From: an uncultured bacterium
Lineage (GTDB): Bacteria; Myxococcota_A; UBA9042; PHBI01
Assembly: GCA_938040325.1 (NCBI GenBank)
Contig: CALHXW010000314.1
Span: forward strand, 9,154 to 73,153
DNA length: 64,000 nucleotides
Direction: 5' to 3'
The notes beneath the pieces are model-generated. The model was not told where the DNA came from. It was given only the letters and a program-made list of their open reading frames with translations, and did no database searches. Positions within the stretch are counted from its first letter, which is position 1; the number at the start of each line of letters is the position of its first letter. Shown here piece after piece: positions 47,658 through 57,936 of this stretch. Position numbers and translations under genes: made by a program.

Positions 47658-48437
47658 ATGAGAACTGCCAAACTCACACTTGCCGCTGTGTTGACCGCGA
47701 GCCTCTGCTTTGCTGCGTGCGACAAAGAAGCCAACAAAGGCGGCGCCACGGCCGAGAAAGTGAAGGCTGAAGCCAACAAGACGGTCGATAAGGCCAAGGC
47801 GAAGGCCGACGAGGCGAAAGCAGCTGCCGAAGCGAAGATCGCCGACGCAAAGAAGGCTGCCGAAGCAGCGAAGGCCAAGGCCAAGGCAGCCACTGGTAAG
47901 GTCAAGGCTGTTGCAGGCGCTGCCGCGGGCGCCGCACCTGCCGCCGGCGACTACATCAAGTTTGTCATCGACCACACCGACTCGAAGAAGGGCCTGGTCA
48001 ACGGCAGCTTCAGCAAGTTCTCGGTTGTCGAAGCGAACATCAACGCTTCAGACCTCACGAAGTCCACGGCGACCATCAAGGTCGACATCACCAGCATCGA
48101 CACCGGCAACGGAGCCCGCGACAAGCACCTGAAGTCCCCCGATTTCTTCGACGTCGCGAAGTGGGGCCAAGCGCTCATCACCGTCAACGAGATCAAAAAG
48201 ACCGATGCGGCCGACGTGTTCACAGCCAACGCCTGGCTCGACCTTCACGGCGCCAAGAAGAAGCTCCCGGTGGGCTTCAAGGTCCTGAGCAACAAGGACG
48301 GGACCGTGGTCATCGAGGGTGCGACCAAGGGCATCAAGCGCGCCGACTGGGGCGTTGGCGGTCCGCCGGACAAGAGCGGCGCCGCGGCCACGTTCGACGC
48401 GAGCGTCCGGCTGACGCTGAAGAACACCAAGAAGTAG
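47658..48437 (+). CDS. YceI-family lipoprotein with Lys/Ala-rich linker
   Basis: AGGAG RBS. The lipobox is LCFAAC. A KA-rich low-complexity linker precedes the YceI core (VNGSFSKFSVVEANI..ATIKVDITSIDTGNGARDKHLKSPDFFDV). Confidence 0.85.
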   Translation: MRTAKLTLAAVLTASLCFAACDKEANKGGATAEKVKAEANKTVDKAKAKADEAKAAAEAKIADAKKAAEAAKAKAKAATGKVKAVAGAAAGAAPAAGDYIKFVIDHTDSKKGLVNGSFSKFSVVEANINASDLTKSTATIKVDITSIDTGNGARDKHLKSPDFFDVAKWGQALITVNEIKKTDAADVFTANAWLDLHGAKKKLPVGFKVLSNKDGTVVIEGATKGIKRADWGVGGPPDKSGAAATFDASVRLTLKNTKK

Positions 48438-48458
48438 GCGCACGCTTGTGAGCTTCGG

Positions 48459-48490
48459 AGCGCTCGCCACTGGCGGGCGCTCTTTTTTTT
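48459..48490 (+). terminator. Rho-independent terminator
   Basis: AGCGCTCGCC-act-GGCGGGCGCT is a 10-bp stem with one G-U pair, followed by C and T8 (48483-48490). It lies 22 nt after the YceI stop. Confidence 0.8.
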
Positions 48491-48536
48491 GCGCGCGCAG
48501 CACACGCCTACGCGGAGCACTCCGACGACGCCAGGG

Positions 48537-48974
48537 TCAGACGTCAGCGAGCGCTGCGAGCGCCCGCGCGACCGGCACATCCGGAGGCGTGAGCGCAAAG
48601 CTCGAAAGCTGCTCAAGCGCGACCCACGCGAGGGCATCATGGTCGGCCGAGCGACGCACGACACCGGCGGCCAGCTCCGCTTCGAACGTCTCCAACACAA
48701 TGACGACTGCGCCCGTGTTGTGTTCGCTCGTGAGCACATGAGGCCCGACGGTGATCGTGACGCCGAGCTCCTCGCCAATCTCGCGAACGAGGCACTCGGG
48801 GCCGGTCTCGCCGGGCTCGAACTTCCCGCCAGGAAACTCCCAGAGGCCGCCGAAGGACTTGTGCGCTGCCCGCCGAGCCAGCAACACGACGTCCCCGTCG
48901 ATGATCGCGGCGGCCGCGACCCGCAGCCTTGGGGTGCTCGTCGCGGACGTTAGGTCGTTGGTTGGGTCGGCCAT
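48537..48974 (-). CDS. NUDIX hydrolase (MutT-like)
   Basis: Nudix box GGKFEPGETGPECLVREIGEELGV (Gx5Ex7REUxEExGU). Candidate ATG at 48974. Confidence 0.85.
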   Translation of the reverse strand: MADPTNDLTSATSTPRLRVAAAAIIDGDVVLLARRAAHKSFGGLWEFPGGKFEPGETGPECLVREIGEELGVTITVGPHVLTSEHNTGAVVIVLETFEAELAAGVVRRSADHDALAWVALEQLSSFALTPPDVPVARALAALADV

Positions 48975-50170
48975 GGCGTTGCATACCGCTCCGAGATCCA
49001 TGGTGTCGAGCCCGCAAAGAGCTGGTCGGCTTGGCGGATCCCGTCCTCGCGCCCCTCGATTCGTCCGGCGCGCCGGAGCTCAAGCGCGCTCCGACGGCCA
49101 GCGAAGAGCTGAGTGAGAACGTCGACGGAGAGCCGAACGTCGCCTAGGCCGCCAACCGTCACGCTGCCGCGACCATCGCGCACCTCAAGCCGAAAGAGTC
49201 CTCGGTTGCGTGGGTTGATCGGATCGTCAATGTGCAGGTCGACCACCCCAGCACGTCCCCGAACGTACCCACGCTGCGTCAGGGCAGCGACGACATCGAC
49301 CACGCGAGCCCAACACGGGGCCATCGACGTTTCCGCCGGCGCTGCGCCAAGCTCAGCAAGGGCCTGTAGGAGTCGGTCGAAGCGTGCGCCGTACCAGATC
49401 ACGCAGCGGGTCTCAGGGCGAGCATGGCGCAGGTACGACACGAGGCCACGCGCCGCGGACTGGTCGACAAGCGCCACGTCGACGAGCTCCACGTCGCGGA
49501 CGTGCGGCGCCAGCCATATGTTGCGGAGGATGGCGAACCCACAGAGCCGCCCGTTCCGCTCCAACACAACGCGCTCAACGTCCTGCCCCCACGTCGCGTC
49601 GAGGAGTCGCCATGCGAGCGCGTCGCGGGCCTGCCCGCCGTCATGGCGTTGAGCAACGGTACGCTGGAGCTCCACCACGGCGTCATGGTCGCCGAGGGCC
49701 CAAGCCCGCGACCTCACACTTGCGGTCGCGGTCGGCGGCGAACGCACTTGTGCCAGGGCCACGCGGTGCCGGCAGGTCTCGACAACGGGCGACAAGCCCA
49801 GGCCACGCGCCGCCGCCAGTGGCAAGTCCCACGTCAGCATGGTGGCGGTCCGGCGGACGATCGCGGACGACAGGGTGGTCGAAAGACACGCCTCGACCCC
49901 ATCCGCTGTACCCGCGCTGAGCACCGCCATCGTCGCATCAACCCGCGCCCCGCCCCAAAAGACGCCACCGTCGATCGCTGCAATCGCGGCACTTGGTGCC
50001 CCTGCGTGTGTGGTCGCAATGACCACGTCTGGCACCGCCGCAAGGAGCCGACGCCGGCCGGCCAGCAGCTCCTCAGGCGAACCTCCAAGCATGGCGTCTA
50101 CATGCGCTCGGTCCTCGCCCCGCGCCTGGCGCGTCGGCCGCTCGCCGTCAAAATTTGCCGTGACATCCAC
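48950..50170 (-). CDS. Eis-like GNAT acetyltransferase with C-terminal SCP2-like domain (tentative)
   Basis: The C-terminal region (VVDLHIDDPINPRNRGLFRLEVRDGRGSV...LTQLFAGRRSALELRRAGRI...ADQLF) resembles the Eis family SCP2 domain. GNAT motifs in the N-terminal part are weak by eye. Confidence 0.55.
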   Translation of the reverse strand: MDVTANFDGERPTRQARGEDRAHVDAMLGGSPEELLAGRRRLLAAVPDVVIATTHAGAPSAAIAAIDGGVFWGGARVDATMAVLSAGTADGVEACLSTTLSSAIVRRTATMLTWDLPLAAARGLGLSPVVETCRHRVALAQVRSPPTATASVRSRAWALGDHDAVVELQRTVAQRHDGGQARDALAWRLLDATWGQDVERVVLERNGRLCGFAILRNIWLAPHVRDVELVDVALVDQSAARGLVSYLRHARPETRCVIWYGARFDRLLQALAELGAAPAETSMAPCWARVVDVVAALTQRGYVRGRAGVVDLHIDDPINPRNRGLFRLEVRDGRGSVTVGGLGDVRLSVDVLTQLFAGRRSALELRRAGRIEGREDGIRQADQLFAGSTPWISERYATPWPTQPTT

Positions 50171-50367
50171 GCGCAGAAGCCAACCACGGAACAGATCTGG
50201 TACGCTAGCGCGACGTGACGAACGAGGGGCCTCTAGCCTTGGCTCGTCGAGGGCTGTGAGACGAGGAGCACGACAATCAGCCAGCAGGTTCCATCCAAGC
50301 TGAGCCCAGACGATAGCCGATGCGCGCTGGCGTCACAGCGCCAGCTCGCTCAACGAGAAAGGCGCTC

Positions 50368-51120
50368 ATGAGGCTTACCGTCGTCGGTTCGTCAGATGCG
50401 TTCCACTCGGGTGCAAGACGCCACGCATCGTATCACCTCGCGGGCCTTGGCGACGGCGAGTGGATGGTCGACTTCGGCGCGACATCACTGCTTGGTCTCC
50501 GAAAGCTCGCGCTGGATCCAGCCGCGCTTAGCACGATCGCCCTCACGCACCTACACGGCGATCACTTCGCAGGGCTGCCCTTTCTCTTTCTCGACGCGAT
50601 GTTTAAGAGCAATCGCACCGCACCACTGACCGTGATCGGGCCGCCCGGCACAGAGGCCCGCGTTGGAACCCTGTTCCGCTGCCTTTACCCGAACTTGGCC
50701 AGCCAAACGCCGACGTTCCCGGTCCGTTTCGTCGAGCTCTCACCGGGAGGACGCCGCGAGGTAGACGGTGTGGTTGTCGAAGCCTTTGCCGCCGAGCACA
50801 TGACGCCACCCGATCAGGCTCTGTGCTTACGTCTGACGCGCAACGAGACATCGTACGCCTTTTCCGGCGATACGGAGCTCTGTGACGGACTCTACGCGGC
50901 AGCCTCGGGCGCAAAGCTCTTGGTCCTCGACTGTACCGGGTACGAGACGTGGGTCGGACGCCACTGCACGTGGCAAGAGCTCAGCGGACAGCTGGCGTCG
51001 TTCGGAGACACCGCATTGGTGCTCAGCCACCTAGGAGCTGAGATGAGGGCCAAGCTGCCGCAGCCGGTTGCCGGCACAACGCTCACGTATGCCGAAGACG
51101 GCTTGACCATCGACGCCTAA
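50368..51120 (+). CDS. MBL-fold metallo-hydrolase
   Basis: LTHLHGDHFAGLPFL contains the HxHxDH motif. ATG at 50368 is preceded by GAGAAAGG. Confidence 0.8.
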   Translation: MRLTVVGSSDAFHSGARRHASYHLAGLGDGEWMVDFGATSLLGLRKLALDPAALSTIALTHLHGDHFAGLPFLFLDAMFKSNRTAPLTVIGPPGTEARVGTLFRCLYPNLASQTPTFPVRFVELSPGGRREVDGVVVEAFAAEHMTPPDQALCLRLTRNETSYAFSGDTELCDGLYAAASGAKLLVLDCTGYETWVGRHCTWQELSGQLASFGDTALVLSHLGAEMRAKLPQPVAGTTLTYAEDGLTIDA

Positions 51121-51259
51121 GGCGCAGCGCACACGCGCGCCCGGTGACAGCGAGCGCAGCTCCCAGCGTTGACAGCGCGACGGTGGAAAAGGGAAGTTCA
51201 CGCTCGCCTGCGCCGAACGCTGCTAGCGAACCCAAAGAACTCGACCGCGAGGAGAACCC

Positions 51260-52141
51260 ATGCGCTCTGCCCATCGACCAACCGCCCGACTCTTCATCGC
51301 AACCTTCGCGATCGCCGGCGTGTTCGCGCTTGGCTCATGCAGCTCGCTTGGCGGACTCGGCGAGCTCCTCTCGCCCTATGCACCGAAGATTCGCTTCGAG
51401 AAGCTCGACCTGCGCGGCATCACGTTTCAGGACATCGACGTGGACTTCGTGTTCGCCATCGACAACCCCAACCCCCTCAACGTCAAGCTCGACACGTTCT
51501 CCTACGCACTCGGCCTTGCGGGCACCAACCTCGTGAAGGGCACCAACACCGACGGCATCGCGCTCAAGTCCAAGGGCACCTCCAAGATGGCGCTTCCGTT
51601 GAGTCTGAAGTTCACCGACATCTTCAAGACCGCCAAAGCCCTCGGCGGAAAAGACGAGATCCCGTTTCAGCTCTCGGGTGACTTCGGCTTCAACACACCG
51701 GCCGGGATGGCGAAGATTCCGTTCAACGAAAAGGGCAACTTCCCTGTCGTCAAGCCGCCGAAGGTCAGCATGAAGGGCGTCCGCATGGGCAAGGTCAACC
51801 TGCTGCAGCAGAAGGCGTCGATGAACATCGACCTCGGCTTCAAAAACGAGCTAGGCGGTGCCCCGATCTCGCTGTCAGGCCTCGACTACAACGTGAAGAT
51901 GGGCGGCAAGAACATCGCCGACGGACTGCTCGCAACCCTCCCCCAGGTGGCGGCTGGCACCGAGCAAACCGTCACGCTGCCGATCAACTTGGACCTCGGC
52001 AAGGTCGGGTCCAACATCGTCAGCGCGATCACGAAAGGAAGCGCGATGGACATCGGACTGGGCGCCACCGTTCAGGTCGGCACGCCCTTTGGGGCCATCC
52101 CGCTGTCGATCGACGAGAACGGGAACTTTCGTCTGAACTAA
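51260..52141 (+). CDS. Lipoprotein with two LEA_2 / WHy-like domains
   Basis: The lipobox is ALGSC. PKIRFEKLDLRGITFQDIDVDFVFAIDNPNPLNVKLDTFSYAL is followed by a second similar module. Confidence 0.8.
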   Translation: MRSAHRPTARLFIATFAIAGVFALGSCSSLGGLGELLSPYAPKIRFEKLDLRGITFQDIDVDFVFAIDNPNPLNVKLDTFSYALGLAGTNLVKGTNTDGIALKSKGTSKMALPLSLKFTDIFKTAKALGGKDEIPFQLSGDFGFNTPAGMAKIPFNEKGNFPVVKPPKVSMKGVRMGKVNLLQQKASMNIDLGFKNELGGAPISLSGLDYNVKMGGKNIADGLLATLPQVAAGTEQTVTLPINLDLGKVGSNIVSAITKGSAMDIGLGATVQVGTPFGAIPLSIDENGNFRLN

Positions 52142-52210
52142 GACGTGGCTTGCTAGCAGGTCAGGCGCGCTCGCCTCGCTCACATCCGTGAGGGCAACGT
52201 GAGCGCAGTC

Positions 52211-52245
52211 GAGCGAGGGCAGCACTGGCCCTCGCTCTTCCGCTC
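52211..52245 (+). terminator. Candidate terminator hairpin after the LEA_2 gene
   Basis: GAGCGAGGGC-agcactg-GCCCTCGCTC is a perfect 10-bp stem followed by ttccgctcttcg (weak U tract). Confidence 0.4.
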
Positions 52246-52340
52246 TTCGTCGCTGCTGGGCTCGCTGCCCCACGAGGACGTCCAGCGCTCAGCTCCTGCG
52301 CCTTGTCCTCCGCGAGCACTTGGCTCGCAGAGCGGGCGCG

Positions 52341-53156
52341 TCACTCGATGACGATGCCGTCGAGACCGTCTTCTGCTGGCGGGTACGTCATGTTGAGCTT
52401 CTCAAGCGTCTCAACGAGAATTCGCGAGATCACGATATTCCGGTACCACTTGGAGTCCGCCGGTATCACGTACCACGGTGCCCCCTCCGTCGACGTTTTC
52501 TCCATGGCGACCTCGTAGGCCTCCATGTAGGTGTCCCAGAGCTTGCGCTCCTTGAGGTCGCCCGCGGAGAACTTCCAGTTCTTCTCGGGCACGTCCAGCC
52601 GTTCTTGAAGACGCTCTTTCTGCTCCTCTTTCGAGATGTGGAGAAAGAACTTCAGGACCGTCGTGCCCTCATCGACGAGCCGCTCCTCAAAGTCGCGGAT
52701 ATGCTTGTAGCGTTTTTCCCAGCGCTCTTGCGGCACGATGTTGTGTACCCGAACCACCAGGACATCCTCGTAGTGCGAGCGGTTGAAGATGGTGATCTCG
52801 CCAGAGCCTGGTGTGTGCTTGTGGACCCGCCACAGGTAATCGTGGGCGAGCTCTTCCGCCGTCGGCCGCTTGAACGACGCGACTTTGACGCCCTGTGGGT
52901 TGGTGCCATCAAAGATGTGGCGAATCGTGCTGTCCTTGCCGGCCGTGTCCATCGCCTGAAGCACGACGAGCACCTTCTGCTTCTTCTCCGCATAGAGCAG
53001 CTCTTGCAGTGCCTCTAGTCGCTCGTTGAGCTCAGCGAAGACCTCCTTGCCGGCCTTCTTGCCGTCCGACCATAGCGCGCGGTCACGCGGATCGTGTTTG
53101 CTGAGGTCCACCTTCTTTCCAGGTGCCACGCGATAGATGTCGGTGCTTTCGGCCAT
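52341..53156 (-). CDS. ppk2: Polyphosphate kinase 2 (PPK2) family
   Basis: Motifs: VLVVLQAMDTAGKDSTIRHIF (Walker A-like) and IFNRSHYEDVLVVRVH. Confidence 0.9.
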   Translation of the reverse strand: MAESTDIYRVAPGKKVDLSKHDPRDRALWSDGKKAGKEVFAELNERLEALQELLYAEKKQKVLVVLQAMDTAGKDSTIRHIFDGTNPQGVKVASFKRPTAEELAHDYLWRVHKHTPGSGEITIFNRSHYEDVLVVRVHNIVPQERWEKRYKHIRDFEERLVDEGTTVLKFFLHISKEEQKERLQERLDVPEKNWKFSAGDLKERKLWDTYMEAYEVAMEKTSTEGAPWYVIPADSKWYRNIVISRILVETLEKLNMTYPPAEDGLDGIVIE

Positions 53157-53308
53157 CGTCTAACCCTCCAGTTGAGCATGTGCGGACCCGCACCATGACC
53201 CAACAAATTTCCGCCTACAACTCGGTCGGTCGCCGCAGCGCGGTCTCCGAACCAGCGCATTAAACACACGAAGCGCCAGACACGAAAGGCCACCGGATCC
53301 CGCAAACG

Positions 53309-54655
53309 TTACCCGTTTGGCCCGTGACGGCCTTGATCCGAACCAGCAGCGGGGAGCTCTGCGACCAGCTCGCCAATCATGTAGAGGCTGCCGGTGACGA
53401 GCACGCCGCCGTGTGCGCCGGCCAAGCGCTGAGCGGTTCTGTAGCCATCGACGGGATCGGCGATGAACGTGCTGTGAGGGCAATAGCGCGACACGATCCT
53501 CATGACCGCCGCCGGATCAGCCACGGGCCGCGCGCTGGATCCGCACACAACGATGGCGTCGACGACGGGCCCCAGCTCGCGGAGCATGCCATCGAGGTCC
53601 TTTTCCTCGTTGGCCGCAAAGAGCATCACGCACGGCCGCTGGGGCAAGAACTCTTCGACCTGCGACGCTAGCGCCTTGGCCCCGAGCGGGTTGTGGGCGC
53701 CGTCGATGAGGGTCGCACACGCGCCATCAGCTGCGCTTGCGAGCCGCAGCTCGAGCCGGCCCGGGTGGCGAGCACGCTCGAGCCCATCGGCCATCTGGGT
53801 GGCTTTCACGGTGAACCCATGCGCGTTGAGTGACTCGATCGCCGCACACGCTAGCGCAGCATTGTCGCCCTGATGGTGCCCTCGAATGCCGAGGGCAACA
53901 GGTCCGACGCGGTGAAGCCAGCCGCGGTAGCGAAACCCACCGCCGACCCACTGGTGAACGAAGTCGACGCCTGCCCGTCGGATCGGCGCACGCATCGAGA
54001 ACGCATGGGGACCGACGACGTCGCGAAAGAGGGTCGGCGACACATGACTGACCAGGGTCGAGCCCGGCTGGACAATCTCGACCTTCTCGCGAGCGATGGC
54101 GTCCACGGAGTTGCCGAGAAAGCGCTCATGGTCGAGCCCGACGTTGGTCAGAATAGCGACTAGAGGTGGCACAACGGCGGTTGCATCGAGCCGCCCGCCA
54201 AGCCCGACCTCCAGCACAGCGAGATCCACCTCGCGCTCGACGAAGTAGAGCAGTGCCATCACGGTCAGGACTTCGAAGTACGTCAGGGCAACCGGCTCCC
54301 GCGTGACAGCTCCGTCGCCCTGCCCTGCGGCGGCCGCATGCACGACACTGGCGAGTCGGGCAAAGTCCCGTGCCCCAATCGGCGTCTGAACGACCTTGAT
54401 CCGCTCGGTCACCGACACCAAGTGCGGGCTGGTGTAGAGGCCGACGCGATAGCCGCCCGCGTGGGCCATGGCGGTCACGAACTGGGCCGTCGACCCCTTG
54501 CCGTTGGTGCCCGCAATGGTCACAGCGGCGAGCTCTAGGTGGGGATCTCCGAGGCGCGCCAAGACCTCCCTCACGCGGGAGAGACCAAGGCGGATCCCGG
54601 CTGGCTTAAGGGACAGCAGCCAGCGCTCTGCGGCGTCGATATCGTTGAACTTCAC
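53309..54655 (-). CDS. folC: Bifunctional folylpolyglutamate synthase / dihydrofolate synthase
   Basis: VTIAGTNGKGSTAQFV P-loop and Mur ligase family layout. Confidence 0.9.
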   Translation of the reverse strand: MKFNDIDAAERWLLSLKPAGIRLGLSRVREVLARLGDPHLELAAVTIAGTNGKGSTAQFVTAMAHAGGYRVGLYTSPHLVSVTERIKVVQTPIGARDFARLASVVHAAAAGQGDGAVTREPVALTYFEVLTVMALLYFVEREVDLAVLEVGLGGRLDATAVVPPLVAILTNVGLDHERFLGNSVDAIAREKVEIVQPGSTLVSHVSPTLFRDVVGPHAFSMRAPIRRAGVDFVHQWVGGGFRYRGWLHRVGPVALGIRGHHQGDNAALACAAIESLNAHGFTVKATQMADGLERARHPGRLELRLASAADGACATLIDGAHNPLGAKALASQVEEFLPQRPCVMLFAANEEKDLDGMLRELGPVVDAIVVCGSSARPVADPAAVMRIVSRYCPHSTFIADPVDGYRTAQRLAGAHGGVLVTGSLYMIGELVAELPAAGSDQGRHGPNG

Positions 54656-54821
54656 GCCGGTAGGCTAGCAGCCTGGGCAGAAATTCGAAATCCGAGGCCT
54701 TTGAGCGTCGGCCAATCGGCGCTCGGCGTGCTCAGCGTTGCGTTCAGCTCTCTTCGCCGGAAGCGTCCCTTGACGATCGTGGCCACGATTCGCAGGTTGG
54801 GACGCGACCACGGGAGCACAC

Positions 54822-56813
54822 ATGGCCGAAACACCACCGACGACACCTCCGCCCGAGCCTGTGGACAAGCCACTGGAAGCGATGACTGTCGACGAGCTCG
54901 CGACTGCGCTGCGGTACCACAACTACCGGTACTTCGAGCTGGCGGCGCCGGTCATCGACGACTACGCCTTCGATCGTCTCACCCGTCGGTTGCGGGACGT
55001 GGCACCGAGCCACCCGGCGCTGGACGCTTTGGTTGGAGACGCGACGGCCCAGGGCCAGAAGGTCGCTCACGACTCGCCGATGCTCAGTCTCGACAAGGCG
55101 TACGATGCCGAGACCGTGCACAAGTGGGCCGACCACTTCGAGGGGGGCGTTGTGATGTCTCCCAAGATCGATGGCGTGGCAGCATCGCTGCGCTACGACG
55201 CCCGCGGACGTCTGTTGATGGCGCTGACGCGTGGGGACGGAAAGCGTGGCGAGGTCTTCACCGACAACGCCCGCTTCATCGATGACATCCCCAAAGACCT
55301 TGGCGAGGGTCCGCTCGAGATCCGCGGTGAAATCTACATGAAGCTCAGCGTCTTCGCCGGGCTCGCCGGTGACTTCAGCAACCCGCGCAACACGACTGCG
55401 GGTGCCATCAAGCAAAAGGACCCCAAGAAGACGGCCGGCTATCGCCTATCGTTCTTCGCGTACTCCGTGCGAGGACGAGAGTTCGAGACCCTCATGGACT
55501 GGGTTGCTTGGGCGAAGGCCAAGGGCGTCGCGGTCGTAGACTCCGAGCTCGTCGAGCGCGACGAGGTGCAAGCTGGCTACGACCGCTGGGTCGCCGCACG
55601 CGCGCGGACCGACTACGAGATGGACGGCGTCGTCTTCACCGCCAACAGGACGAGTGAGCACGTACGCCTTGGCGAGACCGCTCACCACCCTCGCTACGCG
55701 ATCGCCTACAAGTTCCAGGGTGAGAGTGGCGAGACGACCCTTGAGCAGATCGAGTGGTCGGTCAGCCGTAGCGGCGCGATCACGCCCGTAGCGATCGTCA
55801 CCCCAATCTCGCTGTCTGGGGCGATGGTGTCGCGCTGCTCAATGCACAACTTGGCCATCCTTGCGGGTCTTGGCGCGAGCGCTGGTGCGCGTGTGGTGGC
55901 GATGCGACGTGGCGGCGTGATTCCTCATATCGAGGCCGTTGTCACGCCTGGGCCGGCGGCCGCCGTGATCCCGACCAGCTGCCCGTCCTGCGGCGGCCCG
56001 ACAACGGTCGACGGCGACGTCCTCTTCTGCGCGGCGCCTCAGAACTGTACCGCCGCCCGGATCGGCACGCTTGAGCACTTCGTGAAGGCCGCCGAGATCG
56101 ACGGTTTCGGTCCGAAGATCCTCGACCAGCTTCTGTCGCTGAAGCTGGTGACCAGTCCGCCCGACCTCTTTGATCTCACGCTGCCGCAGCTGCTTAGCCT
56201 CGAGCGCATGGGAACCAAGCTTGCACGCAAGCTACTCGACGGCGTCGCCGCGGCCCGGACGATGCCGCTTGATCGCTTCCTCAAGAGCCTTGGCGTCGAT
56301 GATCTAGGCAACGTCGCCTCAACGAAGCTCGCTGAGACCTTCAACAGTCTCGACGCCGTGCTTGAAGCGCGTCACGAAGCGATTGCCGAGGTGTACGGCC
56401 TTGGCGAGCTCACCGCGACGTCGATCATGGGCGGGCTCGAGGAGCGAGCCGAGATGATCGGGCTTCTGAGAGACCGCATCACGGTCACCGACGTCGCGAC
56501 ACCCGAGGTCGTCGAGGTCGATCCCGCAAGCGACGACCCGCTGGCCGGTCGTAGCTTCGTCTTCACCGGGAAGATGGCCTCGATGGACAGAAAGACCGCC
56601 CAGGGCCACGTCAAGCGCCGTGGCGGCAAGACGCCTTCGGGGGTCTCCGGCGAGCTGGACTACCTGGTGGTCGGCGACGACGGCTCACCGCTGCTCGGCG
56701 ATGGCGCAATGAGCAGCAAGCACAAGAAGGCCGACAAGCTCGTCGCCGGCGGCGCCGAGCTGAAGATCATCACGGAGACCGCGTTCATCGCGATGGTGGG
56801 CGGCCTACAATAG
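54822..56813 (+). CDS. ligA: NAD-dependent DNA ligase
   Basis: KIDGVAASLRY (KxDG adenylation site), Zn finger CPSCGG...C..C, HhH region and C-terminal BRCT (GRSFVFTGKM...). Confidence 0.95.
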   Translation: MAETPPTTPPPEPVDKPLEAMTVDELATALRYHNYRYFELAAPVIDDYAFDRLTRRLRDVAPSHPALDALVGDATAQGQKVAHDSPMLSLDKAYDAETVHKWADHFEGGVVMSPKIDGVAASLRYDARGRLLMALTRGDGKRGEVFTDNARFIDDIPKDLGEGPLEIRGEIYMKLSVFAGLAGDFSNPRNTTAGAIKQKDPKKTAGYRLSFFAYSVRGREFETLMDWVAWAKAKGVAVVDSELVERDEVQAGYDRWVAARARTDYEMDGVVFTANRTSEHVRLGETAHHPRYAIAYKFQGESGETTLEQIEWSVSRSGAITPVAIVTPISLSGAMVSRCSMHNLAILAGLGASAGARVVAMRRGGVIPHIEAVVTPGPAAAVIPTSCPSCGGPTTVDGDVLFCAAPQNCTAARIGTLEHFVKAAEIDGFGPKILDQLLSLKLVTSPPDLFDLTLPQLLSLERMGTKLARKLLDGVAAARTMPLDRFLKSLGVDDLGNVASTKLAETFNSLDAVLEARHEAIAEVYGLGELTATSIMGGLEERAEMIGLLRDRITVTDVATPEVVEVDPASDDPLAGRSFVFTGKMASMDRKTAQGHVKRRGGKTPSGVSGELDYLVVGDDGSPLLGDGAMSSKHKKADKLVAGGAELKIITETAFIAMVGGLQ

Positions 56814-56831
56814 CGCTGCAGGCAGCCGCGC

Positions 56832-57650
56832 TCAGTCGCCTTCGAAGACCGGCTCGGTCTTGGCGAAGAACGCCTGCATACCGCGCATCACGTCCTTGCT
56901 CCGCAAGCACTGGACTTGAGCCGCGGCCTCGCGATCGAGGGCTTCGCTGAGGCTCGTGGCGCCGGCGCCCGAGCGGATGTTGGCCTTGCCCAACCGGTAC
57001 GCCAGCGGCGGACCGGCGGCCAGCCGCTGAAGCCATGTCTCAGCGAGTGCGTCGAGTTCGCCGTCAGGCACGGACCGATTGACGATGCCCATCTCGAGAG
57101 CAACCCGCCCGTCGAATCGGTCACCGAGATAGAAGAGCTCAAGCGCCTTGGAGACGCCGACGAGTCGCGAGAGCGTGAAGCTAGAGCCGCCATCAGGCAC
57201 CAACGCAATGCGGCTGAACACCTGCCCGATCTTCGACTCGTCGGCTGCCAAGCGCAGATCGCACGAGAGCGCGAGGTCGAACCCGAAGCCGACACACGCG
57301 CCACGGATGAGTGCAACGGTGGGCTTCTGGCAGCGATGCAGTGCCTCGATCGCACTGTGAAAACCGTCGCGGACGCGGTCGTGTAGGTCGTCGTCACTGC
57401 CGGCTAGGATCTTCGGCCCCTGACGTAGGTCGGCGCCGCTGCAGAAGTGACCGCCGGCGCCCGACAGGACGATGACGCGGACGGAGGCGTCCTCATCAAA
57501 GGCGTCGATGGCCTTGGCGATCATGCGGCAGGAGTCCGCGGTGATGCCGTTGCGCGCCTCTGCGTTGTCGATGATGATCCGACCGATGGCGCCATCGGCG
57601 GCTGCGCGAATGAAGTGGTGCACGCCTCGATCGGCGGGAGTCTGAGACAT
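56832..57650 (-). CDS. Enoyl-CoA hydratase/isomerase family protein
   Basis: Crotonase motif VRVIVLSGAGGHFCSGADL. Confidence 0.85.
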   Translation of the reverse strand: MSQTPADRGVHHFIRAAADGAIGRIIIDNAEARNGITADSCRMIAKAIDAFDEDASVRVIVLSGAGGHFCSGADLRQGPKILAGSDDDLHDRVRDGFHSAIEALHRCQKPTVALIRGACVGFGFDLALSCDLRLAADESKIGQVFSRIALVPDGGSSFTLSRLVGVSKALELFYLGDRFDGRVALEMGIVNRSVPDGELDALAETWLQRLAAGPPLAYRLGKANIRSGAGATSLSEALDREAAAQVQCLRSKDVMRGMQAFFAKTEPVFEGD

Positions 57651-57936
57651 GGTCGCTTCCTTAGCGGTGGGGAGTTCGGTGGGGTTGGTTCGGTGCGCGA
57701 GCGAAGTGAATCACGACGCTGTCGTGCGGCACGTCCGGCGTGCCCAGCCATCGGCTCGAGCGCGCACTGGACCTGCGGGGTCGATGACGCGGCTGAGCAT
57801 CTGGTTCGGCGGGAGCGGCGTCAAGCACGCAGCGCCTGCCGCGGGATCACACCGGGCGAGCTGCTTGGCTGACGACCGAGTGACGCTGTGGTATCCCGGC
57901 GGCCGGTTGACGACGCCGCCATGGAGGCAGAAGCGC

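Noticed and set aside
57649-57936. N-terminal 96-codon extension of the Clp ATPase ORF
   Set aside because: The extension has no similarity to the Clp_N domain and overlaps the divergent promoter region. GTG 57937 is preceded by GGAGG, and the Clp_N repeat starts right there.
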